A stretch of DNA of 46,342 nt, from contig JAWOCD010000124.1 of the NCBI GenBank assembly GCA_046483985.1, positions 1 to 46,342 on the forward strand. Direction: 5' to 3'. The position numbers and the translations under genes are program-made. Below the pieces are notes generated by a model that was not told where the DNA came from, ran no database searches, and worked only from the letters and a program-made list of their open reading frames with translations. Position 1 is the first letter of the stretch. Each line of letters opens with the position of its first letter. This DNA is from Promethearchaeia archaeon (GTDB lineage: Archaea; Asgardarchaeota; Lokiarchaeia; Sigyniarchaeales; SOKP01). Of the stretch, positions 36,911-46,342 are shown one piece after another.

Positions 36911-39394
36911 ATGCCATCCCTACCTAATAATCCATCTCATTACCATATTTATCTTAAACTTGATCCTCACCAAGATTCGTTTGATGGAATTACGGAAATT
37001 AGTATGAATCTCCCGCAAAAGAAAGATAGTATAAAATTAAATATTGATGATTTAGATATTCAAACGTGTCATTATTGGAAAGAAAACGAATATATTAAAT
37101 GTGAATTTGAGCCAAACCAAGAAGAAAGAGAATTAAAAATTGATTTACCGGAACCTAGTAGGAAACAGATAAAACTTAAAATCATTTATCAGGGGAAATA
37201 TCACTCTGATTTATTGGGCATATATGTGAGCAAATTTATGGATGATGGAAAGGAAAAATACGTGATATCCACTCAACTAGAAGAAGTATATGCAAGACGG
37301 GTCTTTCCGTGTAATGATCATCCTGCTAAGAAGGCGACTTTCAAAATTGAATTAGAGATCGATAAGAATTTAAAAGGAATTTCAAACACAGAAAAGGAAG
37401 AGGTTGTTGAGCTAAAAAACGATAAAAAGAGAGTAAAATTTAGAAAAACCCCAAAAATGTGTACTTATCTTCTCTATATAGGAGTAGGAAATTTTGAAAT
37501 TAGAGAACAGAAGGGGGAACACTTAGTGAGACTAATTACTACTCCTGGAAAAACTCAATACGGGGATTTAGCAATTGATATGGCCATGAAAGCATTAAAA
37601 TTCTGTGAAAAATTCACATCTGCTGAATATCCTCTTAATAAATGTGACCTCATTGCAGTACCTGACTTTCCCTTCGGCGCAATGGAGAATTGGGGTGCTA
37701 TCACCTTTCGAGAAAATATGTTATTAATGTATCCTGATAAAACTTCAAAATTGGGAATCTTCAATATTGCAAGTGTTGTTGCCCATGAAATCTCTCATTT
37801 CTGGTTTGGGAATTTAGTAAGTCCTCTCGATTGGAAATATATTTGGTTAAATGAATCTTTTGCCTCTTATTTCACCTATTCTATCCCTGATGAATATTAT
37901 CCTTCATGGAAATCCTGGGAACATTATCTACTTCAATATTACGTCTCATCACTCGAAAGGGACGCTTTAAACCATACATTTCCCATTGAGTTTTTAACCA
38001 ATGAGGATATTTTTATAACTCCTGCCAAAATAGGAATTATTTATAACAAAGGAGCCACTATTTTGAGAATGCTGATCAACTATCTGGGGGAAAATGATTT
38101 TCAAGAGGGTGTAAAACATTTTATGGAACAATTTCAGTATCAAAATGCAAATACAGATAATTACTGGGATGCCCTTGAAAAAGCAACTGGAAAAAAGGTC
38201 AAAAAATTTGCAGAAAGTTGGATTCTTCAGCCGGGATTCCCCCTTATAACCGCAAAAAAAGAAAACGATAAATTAATTTTACGACAAGAACGCTTTTCGT
38301 ACCTTGAGTCGGAGTTGGACAACAAGTGGTTTATTTCTTTGGAATTAATCTATAATAGAAAAAAGGGGAATACTGAAACCGAAAGGATTGTTTTTGACAC
38401 ATCCGAAATTAAAATACCCTTACCTGAAGGAACAGAAAGTTATAAGCTTAATCTTGGACAAAAGGGTTTTTTCCGAGTAAAATATGAAAAAAATAATCTG
38501 GAAGTATTGGCCCCCCTCATAAAAGATAAGACGATCCCCCCTATTGACAGATTTGGAATCGAAAATGACCTTTTTGCTTTAGTTAAGAAAGGGGATATCT
38601 CCTTTGATTATTATTTAGACTTTATCCAAAGGAGTTTCATAAGTGAGTCTGATTATTTACCGTTGTCCAGTATCTTTTCCCATCTAATCTATTCATTCAA
38701 GTTAAAGAAAACATATCAAGAACGTATTCGAAAAATTGGACTTCAAATTACTGAGAGATTTTTTGAAAAATACGGGTATGAGCCACAAGAAGGCGAAGAT
38801 TTACCCATTGGTATTCTGAGAAATATCCTTTTATGGAAGGGGAGTATACTCGGCTCTGATGATATTTTAAAATTTGGAAAGAAAAGGTTTCAAGCCATCA
38901 GAGAGGGGAAAAAGATATCCCCCGACATCCTTTCAAGTATCTATAAAATTGGAACTTTAACTCATCCTGATGCGATTAAATACTTTAAGGAACTCTTGGA
39001 TAATCCTCACGTTCCACAAGTGGAAAAAGTATATATCTATCACGCCCTTGGATGTGTTCGGGAAAAAGAACAAATAGAAATGGTCTTTGATATCATTCTA
39101 GAAAAAATCCCCCCTCAATCTTGGCTCTATACATTTCGGGAACTGGGCTCCAATATGGATGCTATAGAAAAATTGTGGCCGTGGTTCAAGGAAAATATTT
39201 CTCTATTCGAGAAGCAAAGTCCTTTTGTCTTGGCACGCACTATAGCAGCAATCATTCCAATAGGAGGACTGCCATACGTTAAAGATATTAAACAATTTCT
39301 CTCAAGCTATGCAGAAGAAAATGAATTCCATAAGGATACTGTGGAAATGGTCTTGGAACAATTAGAGATAAATATGAAATTTAAAAAGAATTAG
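36911..39394 (+). CDS. pepN: M1 family aminopeptidase (PepN / tricorn-interacting factor F2/F3-like)
   Basis: ARRVFPC.D.P..KATF, GAMENWG, HEISH...WLNE (HExxH-x18-E) and IYNKG. Confidence 0.93.
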   Translation: MPSLPNNPSHYHIYLKLDPHQDSFDGITEISMNLPQKKDSIKLNIDDLDIQTCHYWKENEYIKCEFEPNQEERELKIDLPEPSRKQIKLKIIYQGKYHSDLLGIYVSKFMDDGKEKYVISTQLEEVYARRVFPCNDHPAKKATFKIELEIDKNLKGISNTEKEEVVELKNDKKRVKFRKTPKMCTYLLYIGVGNFEIREQKGEHLVRLITTPGKTQYGDLAIDMAMKALKFCEKFTSAEYPLNKCDLIAVPDFPFGAMENWGAITFRENMLLMYPDKTSKLGIFNIASVVAHEISHFWFGNLVSPLDWKYIWLNESFASYFTYSIPDEYYPSWKSWEHYLLQYYVSSLERDALNHTFPIEFLTNEDIFITPAKIGIIYNKGATILRMLINYLGENDFQEGVKHFMEQFQYQNANTDNYWDALEKATGKKVKKFAESWILQPGFPLITAKKENDKLILRQERFSYLESELDNKWFISLELIYNRKKGNTETERIVFDTSEIKIPLPEGTESYKLNLGQKGFFRVKYEKNNLEVLAPLIKDKTIPPIDRFGIENDLFALVKKGDISFDYYLDFIQRSFISESDYLPLSSIFSHLIYSFKLKKTYQERIRKIGLQITERFFEKYGYEPQEGEDLPIGILRNILLWKGSILGSDDILKFGKKRFQAIREGKKISPDILSSIYKIGTLTHPDAIKYFKELLDNPHVPQVEKVYIYHALGCVREKEQIEMVFDIILEKIPPQSWLYTFRELGSNMDAIEKLWPWFKENISLFEKQSPFVLARTIAAIIPIGGLPYVKDIKQFLSSYAEENEFHKDTVEMVLEQLEINMKFKKN

Positions 39395-39428
39395 ATTTCA
39401 ATATCCTTTAAAGATTAGTGGACTCGTA

Positions 39429-39462
39429 GGAATCCCCGTCCTTTAGGGCGAGGAGACTTCAA
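39429..39462 (+). mobile_element. Orphan IS200/IS605-type end (subterminal hairpin ending in TCAA)
   Basis: GGAATCCCCGTCCTTTAGGGCGAGGAGACTTCAA matches the typical IS605 right-end hairpin and resembles 46056-46085. Confidence 0.75.
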
Positions 39463-39636
39463 TACTCTTACGTCAAAATAATCCACAATTTTGACATAAT
39501 TTTAAAATAGTTCTGATATCTCTGATTAACCTTTAGTCCTTATTTAAAATAAAAATTTTTTATATATATTCTGATTTATTTAAAATAATCGTTTGTTCTT
39601 ATTTAAAATATAAATTTTTTCAAGTTGATTTAGAAA

Positions 39637-39885
39637 ATGCCAGGCGAACAACAAAATCGTCGAAAATGTCCTTACTGTGGAAATCCCTTAGAGCATCCAT
39701 ACTGGGCCCATATTCAAGCCGAACATCCGGAAGAGTATCAAAAAAAGGAGACATGGGTACAGCTTTATAATGATTATAAATCAATGGGAATGCAGAAGGC
39801 GATGTCACTTAAGGTAATTTCCGAACTCTTTAATACCAAACCTGCCGAAATCGAGTCATTCTTAAAAAATAAAGATATCCTCTAA
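39637..39885 (+). CDS. Small C2H2-type zinc finger + HTH-like protein
   Basis: CPYC-x10-H-x4-H followed by a helical region (SLKVISELFNTKPAEIESFLK). Confidence 0.75.
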   Translation: MPGEQQNRRKCPYCGNPLEHPYWAHIQAEHPEEYQKKETWVQLYNDYKSMGMQKAMSLKVISELFNTKPAEIESFLKNKDIL

Positions 39886-40092
39886 TTTTCTTATTCCTTT
39901 CTCACTTATACGTAACAATCAAGTTTGGCCATAATGAAGCAATGCCATAGAGAAATATAATAACGTCGCTCATCTGTTGTTAAATAACACAAAAAATGAT
40001 TTTGAAGTTAAAAAATAAAATTTGGGAATTAATTTTTAAAAAATAAAAATTGGATTAAATTTATTATACTCTAAGTAAATTTTCAGTAAACC

Positions 40093-40389
40093 TTAGAACT
40101 CTTCTTCTTCTGCTTCCTTTAAAAAACCTACTTGTTTAAGCATATCTTCTAGGGAGTCTCGTGTCTTCATGACGTTCTCATTATCTGCAAGTTCTAAGCT
40201 TTCCAGCATATCATCGGAAAATTCCATGAATTTCTTGATACTGTCGGAAGAGAAATCTTGGACCTTTTCTTGAGTATCTTCGACAAATTCCTTTCCGGAT
40301 TCACCAAAAACGGAACCGACAAAGTCCACAAATGTACTGTTTAGCTTCTCGACAATATTTTCATTCTTTTCTTCTTCAAATTCGCTCAT
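40093..40389 (-). CDS. Small acidic helical hypothetical protein
   Basis: ATG 40389 follows GAGGA. D/E-rich amphipathic helices. Confidence 0.7.
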   Translation of the reverse strand: MSEFEEEKNENIVEKLNSTFVDFVGSVFGESGKEFVEDTQEKVQDFSSDSIKKFMEFSDDMLESLELADNENVMKTRDSLEDMLKQVGFLKEAEEEEF

Positions 40390-40689
40390 AATATATTCCT
40401 CTTTATATTCATAAAACAATAAAATTCTATTTATAAAATTAATTTCTGTTTTATTTTTAATTTTTTCCTTTTATTACACGTATTAAAATTCTTACTTTTG
40501 CTATGTAGAAAAGATATTTTGAAGTGAGCAAATTTATCCATATTATGAAGAAGAATTTACTCGCACGTCAAATAGCCCAAACTTACTTGTAAGAAGGGAT
40601 CATGGTCGCGGGCATTGTAAACGAGGGCACTAATTAAATTTTTAAATAAAAAACATTAATGATAATATATTATATTAACTGATAAAAAA

Positions 40690-41478
40690 ATGGATTCAAA
40701 GGTCGTGGCATTTTCGGGAAAAGGTGGCGTAGGCAAATCTACTTGCTTAATTTTTCTTTTAAAATACTTAATCAGTGAAAGACCTGAGTTAAAAAAATTA
40801 GTTATTGATGCTGACCCAGATGCAAATATTGCGGATCTGATAAATAAACATATTGAATTTCGGGATACCTTGGCGGGAAAATTGCGGGATTATCGAGTTA
40901 AAATAGAAAAGAATATGAAAACGATCTATGATGGAGAAAAATCAGCAATAGAGAATGAAATCTTCAATGCCATGATGAGTTTGGAGGGTTTTGATCTCAT
41001 CGAAATGGGAAGAATGGAAGGAGAAGGATGTTACTGTTTAGTAAATGACATATTAAAGCACGGAATCGATATCATCGCAGAAAATTACGCTGTCACCCTT
41101 ATTGATTCTCCAGCAGGATTAGAGCACTTTTCCAGAAAAACTGGTCGCAGAGTCACTGATCTAATAATTGTGGTAGATCCCACTCAAATGGCTATGAGAA
41201 CTATGAGAAGAATAGTATCTATGACCGGTGAATTAAGCTTAGAATTTAAAAATATTTGGATTCTGGGAAATCGTTTTGCAGATGACAAGATTGAAGACTA
41301 TCTGCTTGATGAAATAGATAAATTTGAGGATAATAAAAAAATTAAATATTTAGGATATTTTGAAAATAATTCAGAGATAAACCGTCATAATCTATTGGGC
41401 AAGAGTCTACTTAAAATTTCCGAAGAAAATGAAATTTATCAAAAATCAAAAAAACTTTATGAGAAAATTTTCGAATAG
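40690..41478 (+). CDS. cooC: CooC/AcsF-like nickel-insertion ATPase (MinD/ParA superfamily)
   Basis: Deviant Walker A GKGGVGKS, IDADPDAN, GEGCYC and DSPAGLEHFSR. Confidence 0.85.
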   Translation: MDSKVVAFSGKGGVGKSTCLIFLLKYLISERPELKKLVIDADPDANIADLINKHIEFRDTLAGKLRDYRVKIEKNMKTIYDGEKSAIENEIFNAMMSLEGFDLIEMGRMEGEGCYCLVNDILKHGIDIIAENYAVTLIDSPAGLEHFSRKTGRRVTDLIIVVDPTQMAMRTMRRIVSMTGELSLEFKNIWILGNRFADDKIEDYLLDEIDKFEDNKKIKYLGYFENNSEINRHNLLGKSLLKISEENEIYQKSKKLYEKIFE

Positions 41479-42669
41479 TTAGATTATTTTTTTTTTCTTC
41501 CACTCTTTAAGTTGTTTCTTGTTATATCCTAAGAGATCGCATAAAACCTCTTCATTATGTTCCCGAAATTCTGGACCAGGAGCACTCACCTTTCCCTCTG
41601 TTTCGGAGAATTTAATTAACGGACCTGGGATACTTGCTTTATCAACTTCCCATTTTGAAAAATCAAAGTGATCCACAAGCATTCCTCGTTCTTTTAAATT
41701 GGGATGATCGTGAACTTCATCGATAGTTAATGTTTTTCCACACGGAATCCGGACTGCTTCTAATGCCTCAATTGCTTCTTTTCTGGTTTTTTTCCTCGTC
41801 CAATCTTCTATGAACTCATCCAAAAGTTCTACATGTTCGAATCGCTTTATTGGATTACTCAGTCGAGGATCATCAACTAATTCAGGCCTATCCAACACAT
41901 TTTCACAAAGGCGTTTAAATTGTTTTTCTGTTAAAGTTGTCATGGCGATTAAGCCATCTTGGCAATGATATTGATTATAAATAGGAAGAAATTTACTTCC
42001 TAAATCTAAATTAGAGGCAAGCGGAATAAATTCTTTGGCTTGGGCTCTCATATTGATGGAAAACATTAGATCATGCATTGATACGTCGATGAATTGACCT
42101 TTCCCCGTTTTTTCTCGATAGTATAAGGCTTGGCTAATTCCCATAGCCGCTACATGTCCCGCTGTATAATCTGCAATCGGCAATTTGGGAGGGCCAGTTT
42201 TGATATCTAATGCATCTAGCACCCCTGCTTGCGCTTGAATAATAATATCAAAAGCAGTCTTCTTTGTATATCTCTCCACCCCAAAATTGCCATATCCGGA
42301 TATTTTCGCATAAATTAATTCAGGCTTGATTTCTTTTAACACATCGTAGCCGATTCCCCATTTTTCCATGGTCCCCTTAACGAAATTCTCAACCACCACA
42401 TCGGATTCCTTTACCAGTTTCTTAAATATCTTCTGCCCTTTTTCCTTTCTTAGATTTAAAGAAATTGACTTTTTTCCCCTGTTTAAGATTGAAAACAAAG
42501 GGAATATCGTCTTATCATACAATACAAATAATCTAAATGCTTCTCCAAAGGGAGGACTTTCAACTTTAATTACTTCAGCCCCTTGGTCAGCAAAAAAGAT
42601 ACTTGTCCATGGTCCAGAGATAAATTGGGATAAATCCAAGACTCGTAATCCTTCAAAAATTTTAGGCAT
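41479..42669 (-). CDS. Family III CoA-transferase (CaiB/BaiF)
   Basis: G.RVLDLS..ISGP, GAEVIKVE.P, NRGKKSI.LNL, DVVVENF, ISGYG, G.GQ.IDVSM and P...EHN..VL. Confidence 0.93.
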   Translation of the reverse strand: MPKIFEGLRVLDLSQFISGPWTSIFFADQGAEVIKVESPPFGEAFRLFVLYDKTIFPLFSILNRGKKSISLNLRKEKGQKIFKKLVKESDVVVENFVKGTMEKWGIGYDVLKEIKPELIYAKISGYGNFGVERYTKKTAFDIIIQAQAGVLDALDIKTGPPKLPIADYTAGHVAAMGISQALYYREKTGKGQFIDVSMHDLMFSINMRAQAKEFIPLASNLDLGSKFLPIYNQYHCQDGLIAMTTLTEKQFKRLCENVLDRPELVDDPRLSNPIKRFEHVELLDEFIEDWTRKKTRKEAIEALEAVRIPCGKTLTIDEVHDHPNLKERGMLVDHFDFSKWEVDKASIPGPLIKFSETEGKVSAPGPEFREHNEEVLCDLLGYNKKQLKEWKKKKII

Positions 42670-42811
42670 TATTTTTTTCACTTATTCTTATTTAAGATAT
42701 ATTTAGTCCTTTAGTCCTTAAATAATTTCTTACATGTCTTTTGTCAATTAGATCTCTTTCCTTTGCTATATTAGGATTTGATGTTCAGTTATATGACAAA
42801 CTACGACAATA

Positions 42812-43222
42812 TTACAATTTAAAAAGCCAAAATATTAAATCCTTAATATTTTGAGTATGTTTAGGATTCTCAAAAAATACCGGTAATTTTTTCATTATTT
42901 TGATGTTTGATTTTTGATAAGCGTGGCAACCTTGAGAAAATACATTACGAGTATGGCACTCCCCATTATTAGCGTTTAGAACTGAGAAGAATCTCAAATC
43001 GATGTTTAAATCCCACTTTTTGGAAAAAAAATCTTTAATTTCTACAATTATAACTCCATATTTTGGGGAAATTAATGAATAATCAAGATGTAAACCTCTC
43101 ACTATGGGCTCACAATATACAATAAGGTGATCTACATTTTCAAATATATCCCTTATCCTATAAAAAAACCTTTTCTCCCCATAGGTGGCAATTTCAGAAG
43201 GTTCACTGAGTATATTTGCCAT
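42812..43222 (-). pseudogene. Truncated NERD (PD-(D/E)xK nuclease-related) domain gene
   Basis: T.GE, EP.....LDY.LISP..GVIIVEIKD motif (PD...E.K). The sequence loses protein-like character after EIKDF, and no downstream helicase or kinase domain follows. Confidence 0.65.
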
Positions 43223-43373
43223 GATTTTATAGAAATTTGCAGAATTTGTTTTATAGGAATGTTATCTATATAAATGATTGTCTGGCTTATATATAATCTA
43301 ATCTATGTATATATCTGGGTATTATGAGAGATTCTACGGAATCTGAATAAAAAATAGAAAGTAAAAGAATTAA

Positions 43374-43835
43374 CTAAAATTCAATATTTACATTTATATT
43401 AATTCCATCTCTCACAGAAGGAGTTACGATGCAAGACTTTTCAAAATACATTTCTCCATCTCTCATCTCTCGAACACATTGCTTCATTCTTTTTAACGTT
43501 TCGGGATCTTCAGTCATAGGTTTAATTTTTACCTTAATTTCTTTTATCCGTTTATATCCTTTCTCGTCTTTTTTAAACGCAACTTCTGCATATCCGTCTA
43601 AATCATCTGGATTTAACTTTCTTTTGTTCAAGCAAAATATGAAACTTGCACTCAAACAGCTTAAAATCGATAAACCTAATAATGAAGCGGCATCTGGTCC
43701 CCATAAATTATCAGATTTTCTCTCTAATGTTTCGTCTATGTAAATATTTCCTAACCTCTCATAATCATTCAAGTGTTTAAATATCATATCTTTTTCAAGT
43801 TTAATCTTTACCTTGGTATTTTCTTCATGAATCAT
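43374..43835 (-). CDS. OsmC family protein
   Basis: IDE.......GPDAASLL...ILSC and FEKSCIVT.SV: the two conserved Cys. Confidence 0.85.
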   Translation of the reverse strand: MIHEENTKVKIKLEKDMIFKHLNDYERLGNIYIDETLERKSDNLWGPDAASLLGLSILSCLSASFIFCLNKRKLNPDDLDGYAEVAFKKDEKGYKRIKEIKVKIKPMTEDPETLKRMKQCVREMRDGEMYFEKSCIVTPSVRDGININVNIEF

Positions 43836-43911
43836 ACTAATCTCATCTCCTATTCTATTAAGAATTATAAAGAATAATTCATACCAAGTTTTTGAATCTA
43901 TACTTTATAGT

Positions 43912-44784
43912 CTAAAAGATTACATCCTTTCTAAGATCTCCTTGATATGTATCAAAAAGTGTGGTGGCTTTATATAAACTAACCAATTCATCACTTAAAT
44001 CATCAAAGTGTTGTAAGGAATTATTAGAAAGATTACTTACCAAAATTCCGCACCCCAACACTCCGGGATTTACTAAGATATTTTCTTCTTGGATAATTTC
44101 CAAATAAATTTCAATATCTTTTATTTTCTTTTTTTTTATATCAATATTATGTTTATTTAAGAGAATTTGGAGTTTTTCAGTGATTTCTCTCTTCTCTTTA
44201 AGAGTGAAATAGGCATACCATAACATGCATTTGATGTCTCGTTTTGTTGCTTCTAAAAATACGTCAAAATAGGATAAATAATCTTTCCCTTTTTCAAAAG
44301 CATGATAGGGATCGAAATGGATAAAATCTTGTTTGGTCAACTTCTCTAATAATTCATAAGAACCAATAATGGAATCTTTACAATGCGTTTCTATTATTGT
44401 TTTGAGGTTTAGATTTTCAGAAAATTTTTGGATTGCTTCTAATGGTTTATTTTCAATATCAAAAAAGATAAATTTTTCTGAGACTGAACTGAGAATTTTC
44501 ATAGCTAAGCCAGGGGAACCCAAATAGGTATTCAAGCCATTTTGGTTATCAGGTAAGTTTTGAATTAATTTAACGTAATTTGTATTACTTAAAAGGGTAG
44601 AGTTTTCAACCCGCCTGAAAAAGGTATAAACTCCGTATTCTCTTGCGGGATTGTGATTTAATCGATAAATTGGTCTTGCGGAATTTGTTTCGATATAGAA
44701 TCTCGGTTCTTCATTGGTTAGGAAGGAACACAACGGGAGATGTTTCCATATGTCTCCAATATTTCCATAATGCTTATACCCCAT
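43912..44784 (-). CDS. RlmJ-like adenine-N6 methyltransferase
   Basis: N-terminal HYGNIGDIWKH (compare RlmJ HAGNxADVxKH), YIETNS, YLGSP, HFDPY (DPPY-like), LWY and G.GILV.N. Confidence 0.75.
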   Translation of the reverse strand: MGYKHYGNIGDIWKHLPLCSFLTNEEPRFYIETNSARPIYRLNHNPAREYGVYTFFRRVENSTLLSNTNYVKLIQNLPDNQNGLNTYLGSPGLAMKILSSVSEKFIFFDIENKPLEAIQKFSENLNLKTIIETHCKDSIIGSYELLEKLTKQDFIHFDPYHAFEKGKDYLSYFDVFLEATKRDIKCMLWYAYFTLKEKREITEKLQILLNKHNIDIKKKKIKDIEIYLEIIQEENILVNPGVLGCGILVSNLSNNSLQHFDDLSDELVSLYKATTLFDTYQGDLRKDVIF

Positions 44785-44950
44785 ATTTAGTAAAAGTTTT
44801 TATCTCTTTTATATCCTCCTTATCTGGTAGCTCTAAGCATCTACTTTTTTTAAAGCATCTTATCTATTTGACTTTCCTTTAATCTTTAGAGAGGGTCCAT
44901 AAAGAAAACCTCTTTTCCTTTCCTAAATTTGATTATAATTTTTTATAATG

Positions 44951-44977
44951 GTCTTCCTTTAGGGAGAGGGGCTTCAA
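44951..44977 (+). mobile_element. Degenerate orphan IS200/IS605-type end
   Basis: GTCTTCCTTTAGGGAGAGGGGCTTCAA has the same CCTTTAGGG core and TTCAA terminus as 39429-39462. Confidence 0.55.
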
Positions 44978-45053
44978 TAAACGTTGCCTTTATTAACATT
45001 TTTTATAATAATTATACAAACCTAATTTTCTAATGAAGAGGTAATGAGAATTA

Positions 45054-46022
45054 ATGACTAACCATAAAAAAGAACAATCGTTAACAGAGTTCGTTTATCA
45101 TTCAGAAAAGACAGATAAAAAAGAAGATAAAAAAATATCTGCTGAATTATTCGCTCAAAGATTTAAAAGTCGATTAATTGAAATAAAACAGCAACTCAAG
45201 GGAGATAGTAAGAAAAGTCTTTTGCAAGTTATCCTCATTTTTTTGTCTTTTACCTTCTTAATTGCATTAGGTACCCTCTTTTCTAATACGAGGAACATGT
45301 TTAATAATCATCCATGGGACCTTTCTACTATCTTAGTCGTAATTGTGCTGACTATTCGAATTTTAGCGACATATGGACTCTCGGGATTTATGTTTAAAAG
45401 ATTTTTGGAGGGAAATAAAAAGGTCCTTACTGTTCCTTTCTTATCTGCTATATTCTTTTATTTGACTGCAACCGGTAAAGTTTTTGATTTATGGCGTTCT
45501 ATCTACTTTCTTTCACCAATATATGATGAGCAATTATTAGTTAATGTGCTAAAATGGAGAGAAACATTATTGGTCTTTACTTTCGTCCCGCTACTAATGC
45601 TTACTCTGGTGCCTGCGACAATGAGCTTATTCACAATTCGCAAAAAGAAAAGTGTTGAGGGATCGGCTTTATTCGTAATAATATATCTGATAACTTTCTC
45701 GGTGTGGTCCTTTAGTATAGAAACTCTAGCGGGGATGGGAGTAATTGTGACAATTTTATCGCTTTTGGTTTACATTTTAGTGGCGTGGCTATTTTGGTTC
45801 ATTCATATAAACCAGAAAATGCCGCAAATTAATTCCAAGATGCTTGCTGTACTATTTTTAGTATATTTAGGTGTTTCCTCTCTAAGACCTACCCTAGGTT
45901 TGTTTATGGTTCAAGAAGACTTTACGATCATTGAGGAGACTCTATATTTTATAATGTATATCTTATTTGCAGTTGGATTAACCAAGCCGGCGCCATATGC
46001 TACTGTAAACAGCTCTATTTGA
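45054..46022 (+). CDS. Polytopic membrane protein (about 8 TM helices) of unknown function
   Basis: Charged N-terminus followed by about eight hydrophobic segments. GAGGT Shine-Dalgarno site upstream. Confidence 0.8.
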   Translation: MTNHKKEQSLTEFVYHSEKTDKKEDKKISAELFAQRFKSRLIEIKQQLKGDSKKSLLQVILIFLSFTFLIALGTLFSNTRNMFNNHPWDLSTILVVIVLTIRILATYGLSGFMFKRFLEGNKKVLTVPFLSAIFFYLTATGKVFDLWRSIYFLSPIYDEQLLVNVLKWRETLLVFTFVPLLMLTLVPATMSLFTIRKKKSVEGSALFVIIYLITFSVWSFSIETLAGMGVIVTILSLLVYILVAWLFWFIHINQKMPQINSKMLAVLFLVYLGVSSLRPTLGLFMVQEDFTIIEETLYFIMYILFAVGLTKPAPYATVNSSI

Positions 46023-46039
46023 GAAAAAATATGTTTTTT

Positions 46040-46342
46040 TTAACGATCTGCGAAAGAAGTCCCATCCCTTTAGGGTGGGGATGAATCTCGTATATTATAC
46101 AAACATTTTTATATTGGGTTTGGTATTATCTTAGTAACCAAGTGAAATAGTATGGGATACGAACTTGATAAAGGTGCTCATTCGGTGTATTCATTAAACT
46201 ACCATTACATCTGTTGTGTAAAATCTCGAAGAAAGATATTCCATACCGATGAAATAATCAATAGATTAAAAGAAATTAATATATCGTTAGCGGAAAAAAA
46301 TGAGATTAAAATTCTTAATCAAGAAACCGATCTTGATCACAT
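46040..46342 (+). mobile_element. IS200/IS605 family element, left end plus tnpA, running off the window
   Basis: Hairpin GAAGTCCCATCCCTTTAGGGTGGGGATGAA (46056-46085) upstream of tnpA. The exact left boundary is uncertain. Confidence 0.85.
46152..46342 (+). CDS. tnpA: IS200/IS605 Y1 HUH transposase (partial; not in the ORF track)
   Basis: Manual translation MGYELDKGAHSVYSLNYHYICCVKSRRKIF...NQETDLDH matches H.VY.L.YH....K.RR...DH.H. Confidence 0.92.
   Translation, partial: MGYELDKGAHSVYSLNYHYICCVKSRRKIFHTDEIINRLKEINISLAEKNEIKILNQETDLDH

Noticed and set aside
203-44882. Many short ORF-track entries antisense to or nested in long genes (e.g. 414-728, 3792-4103, 9488-9844, 12691-13038, 22475-22783, 26996-27271, 32448-32771, 42368-42706, 43429-43743)
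   Set aside because: Shadow ORFs with F/S/L/I-rich translations typical of the reverse frame of K/E-rich genes, and no motifs.
1-46342. CRISPR array or cas genes, rRNA genes, provirus or integrase at the tRNA
   Set aside because: I saw no regularly spaced direct repeats, no rRNA-like tracts, no tyrosine integrase and no duplicated tRNA 3' end.

Overview
AT-rich archaeal chromosome segment, almost certainly from an Asgard archaeon (Lokiarchaeia/Promethearchaeia-like). The basis for this is an archaeal histone, an Sm-like protein, GGTGA/GGAGG Shine-Dalgarno sites and several eukaryotic-signature-type proteins: a roadblock + Rab-like GTPase fusion, two longin-type proteins, a RING-H2/TPR protein, a long alpha-solenoid/TPR protein, an FG-GAP beta-propeller with tandem winged helices, and a possible mu-homology/Ig-fold protein. 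Metabolic genes include thiC, thiDN, leuB, iorAB, lpdA, glycerate kinase, an M1 aminopeptidase, a CooC-like ATPase, a family III CoA-transferase, a GGR-family oxidoreductase, an amidohydrolase, a CocE/NonD hydrolase and a stand-alone LigD phosphoesterase. There is one tRNA-Arg(CCT), two IS481-like remnants, an IS200/IS605 element running off the right edge and two orphan IS605-type ends. Main leads: (i) an unannotated, strongly structured minus-strand RNA locus next to the histone gene; (ii) a 58-aa ORF whose Shine-Dalgarno site is buried in one of two mutually exclusive hairpins; (iii) a RING-H2 protein that is complete only if translation starts at ATT; (iv) a neighbourhood of coat/adaptor-like domains (mu-homology-like, beta-propeller, longin). 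All domain calls are by eye from motifs. No database searches or folding programs were run.
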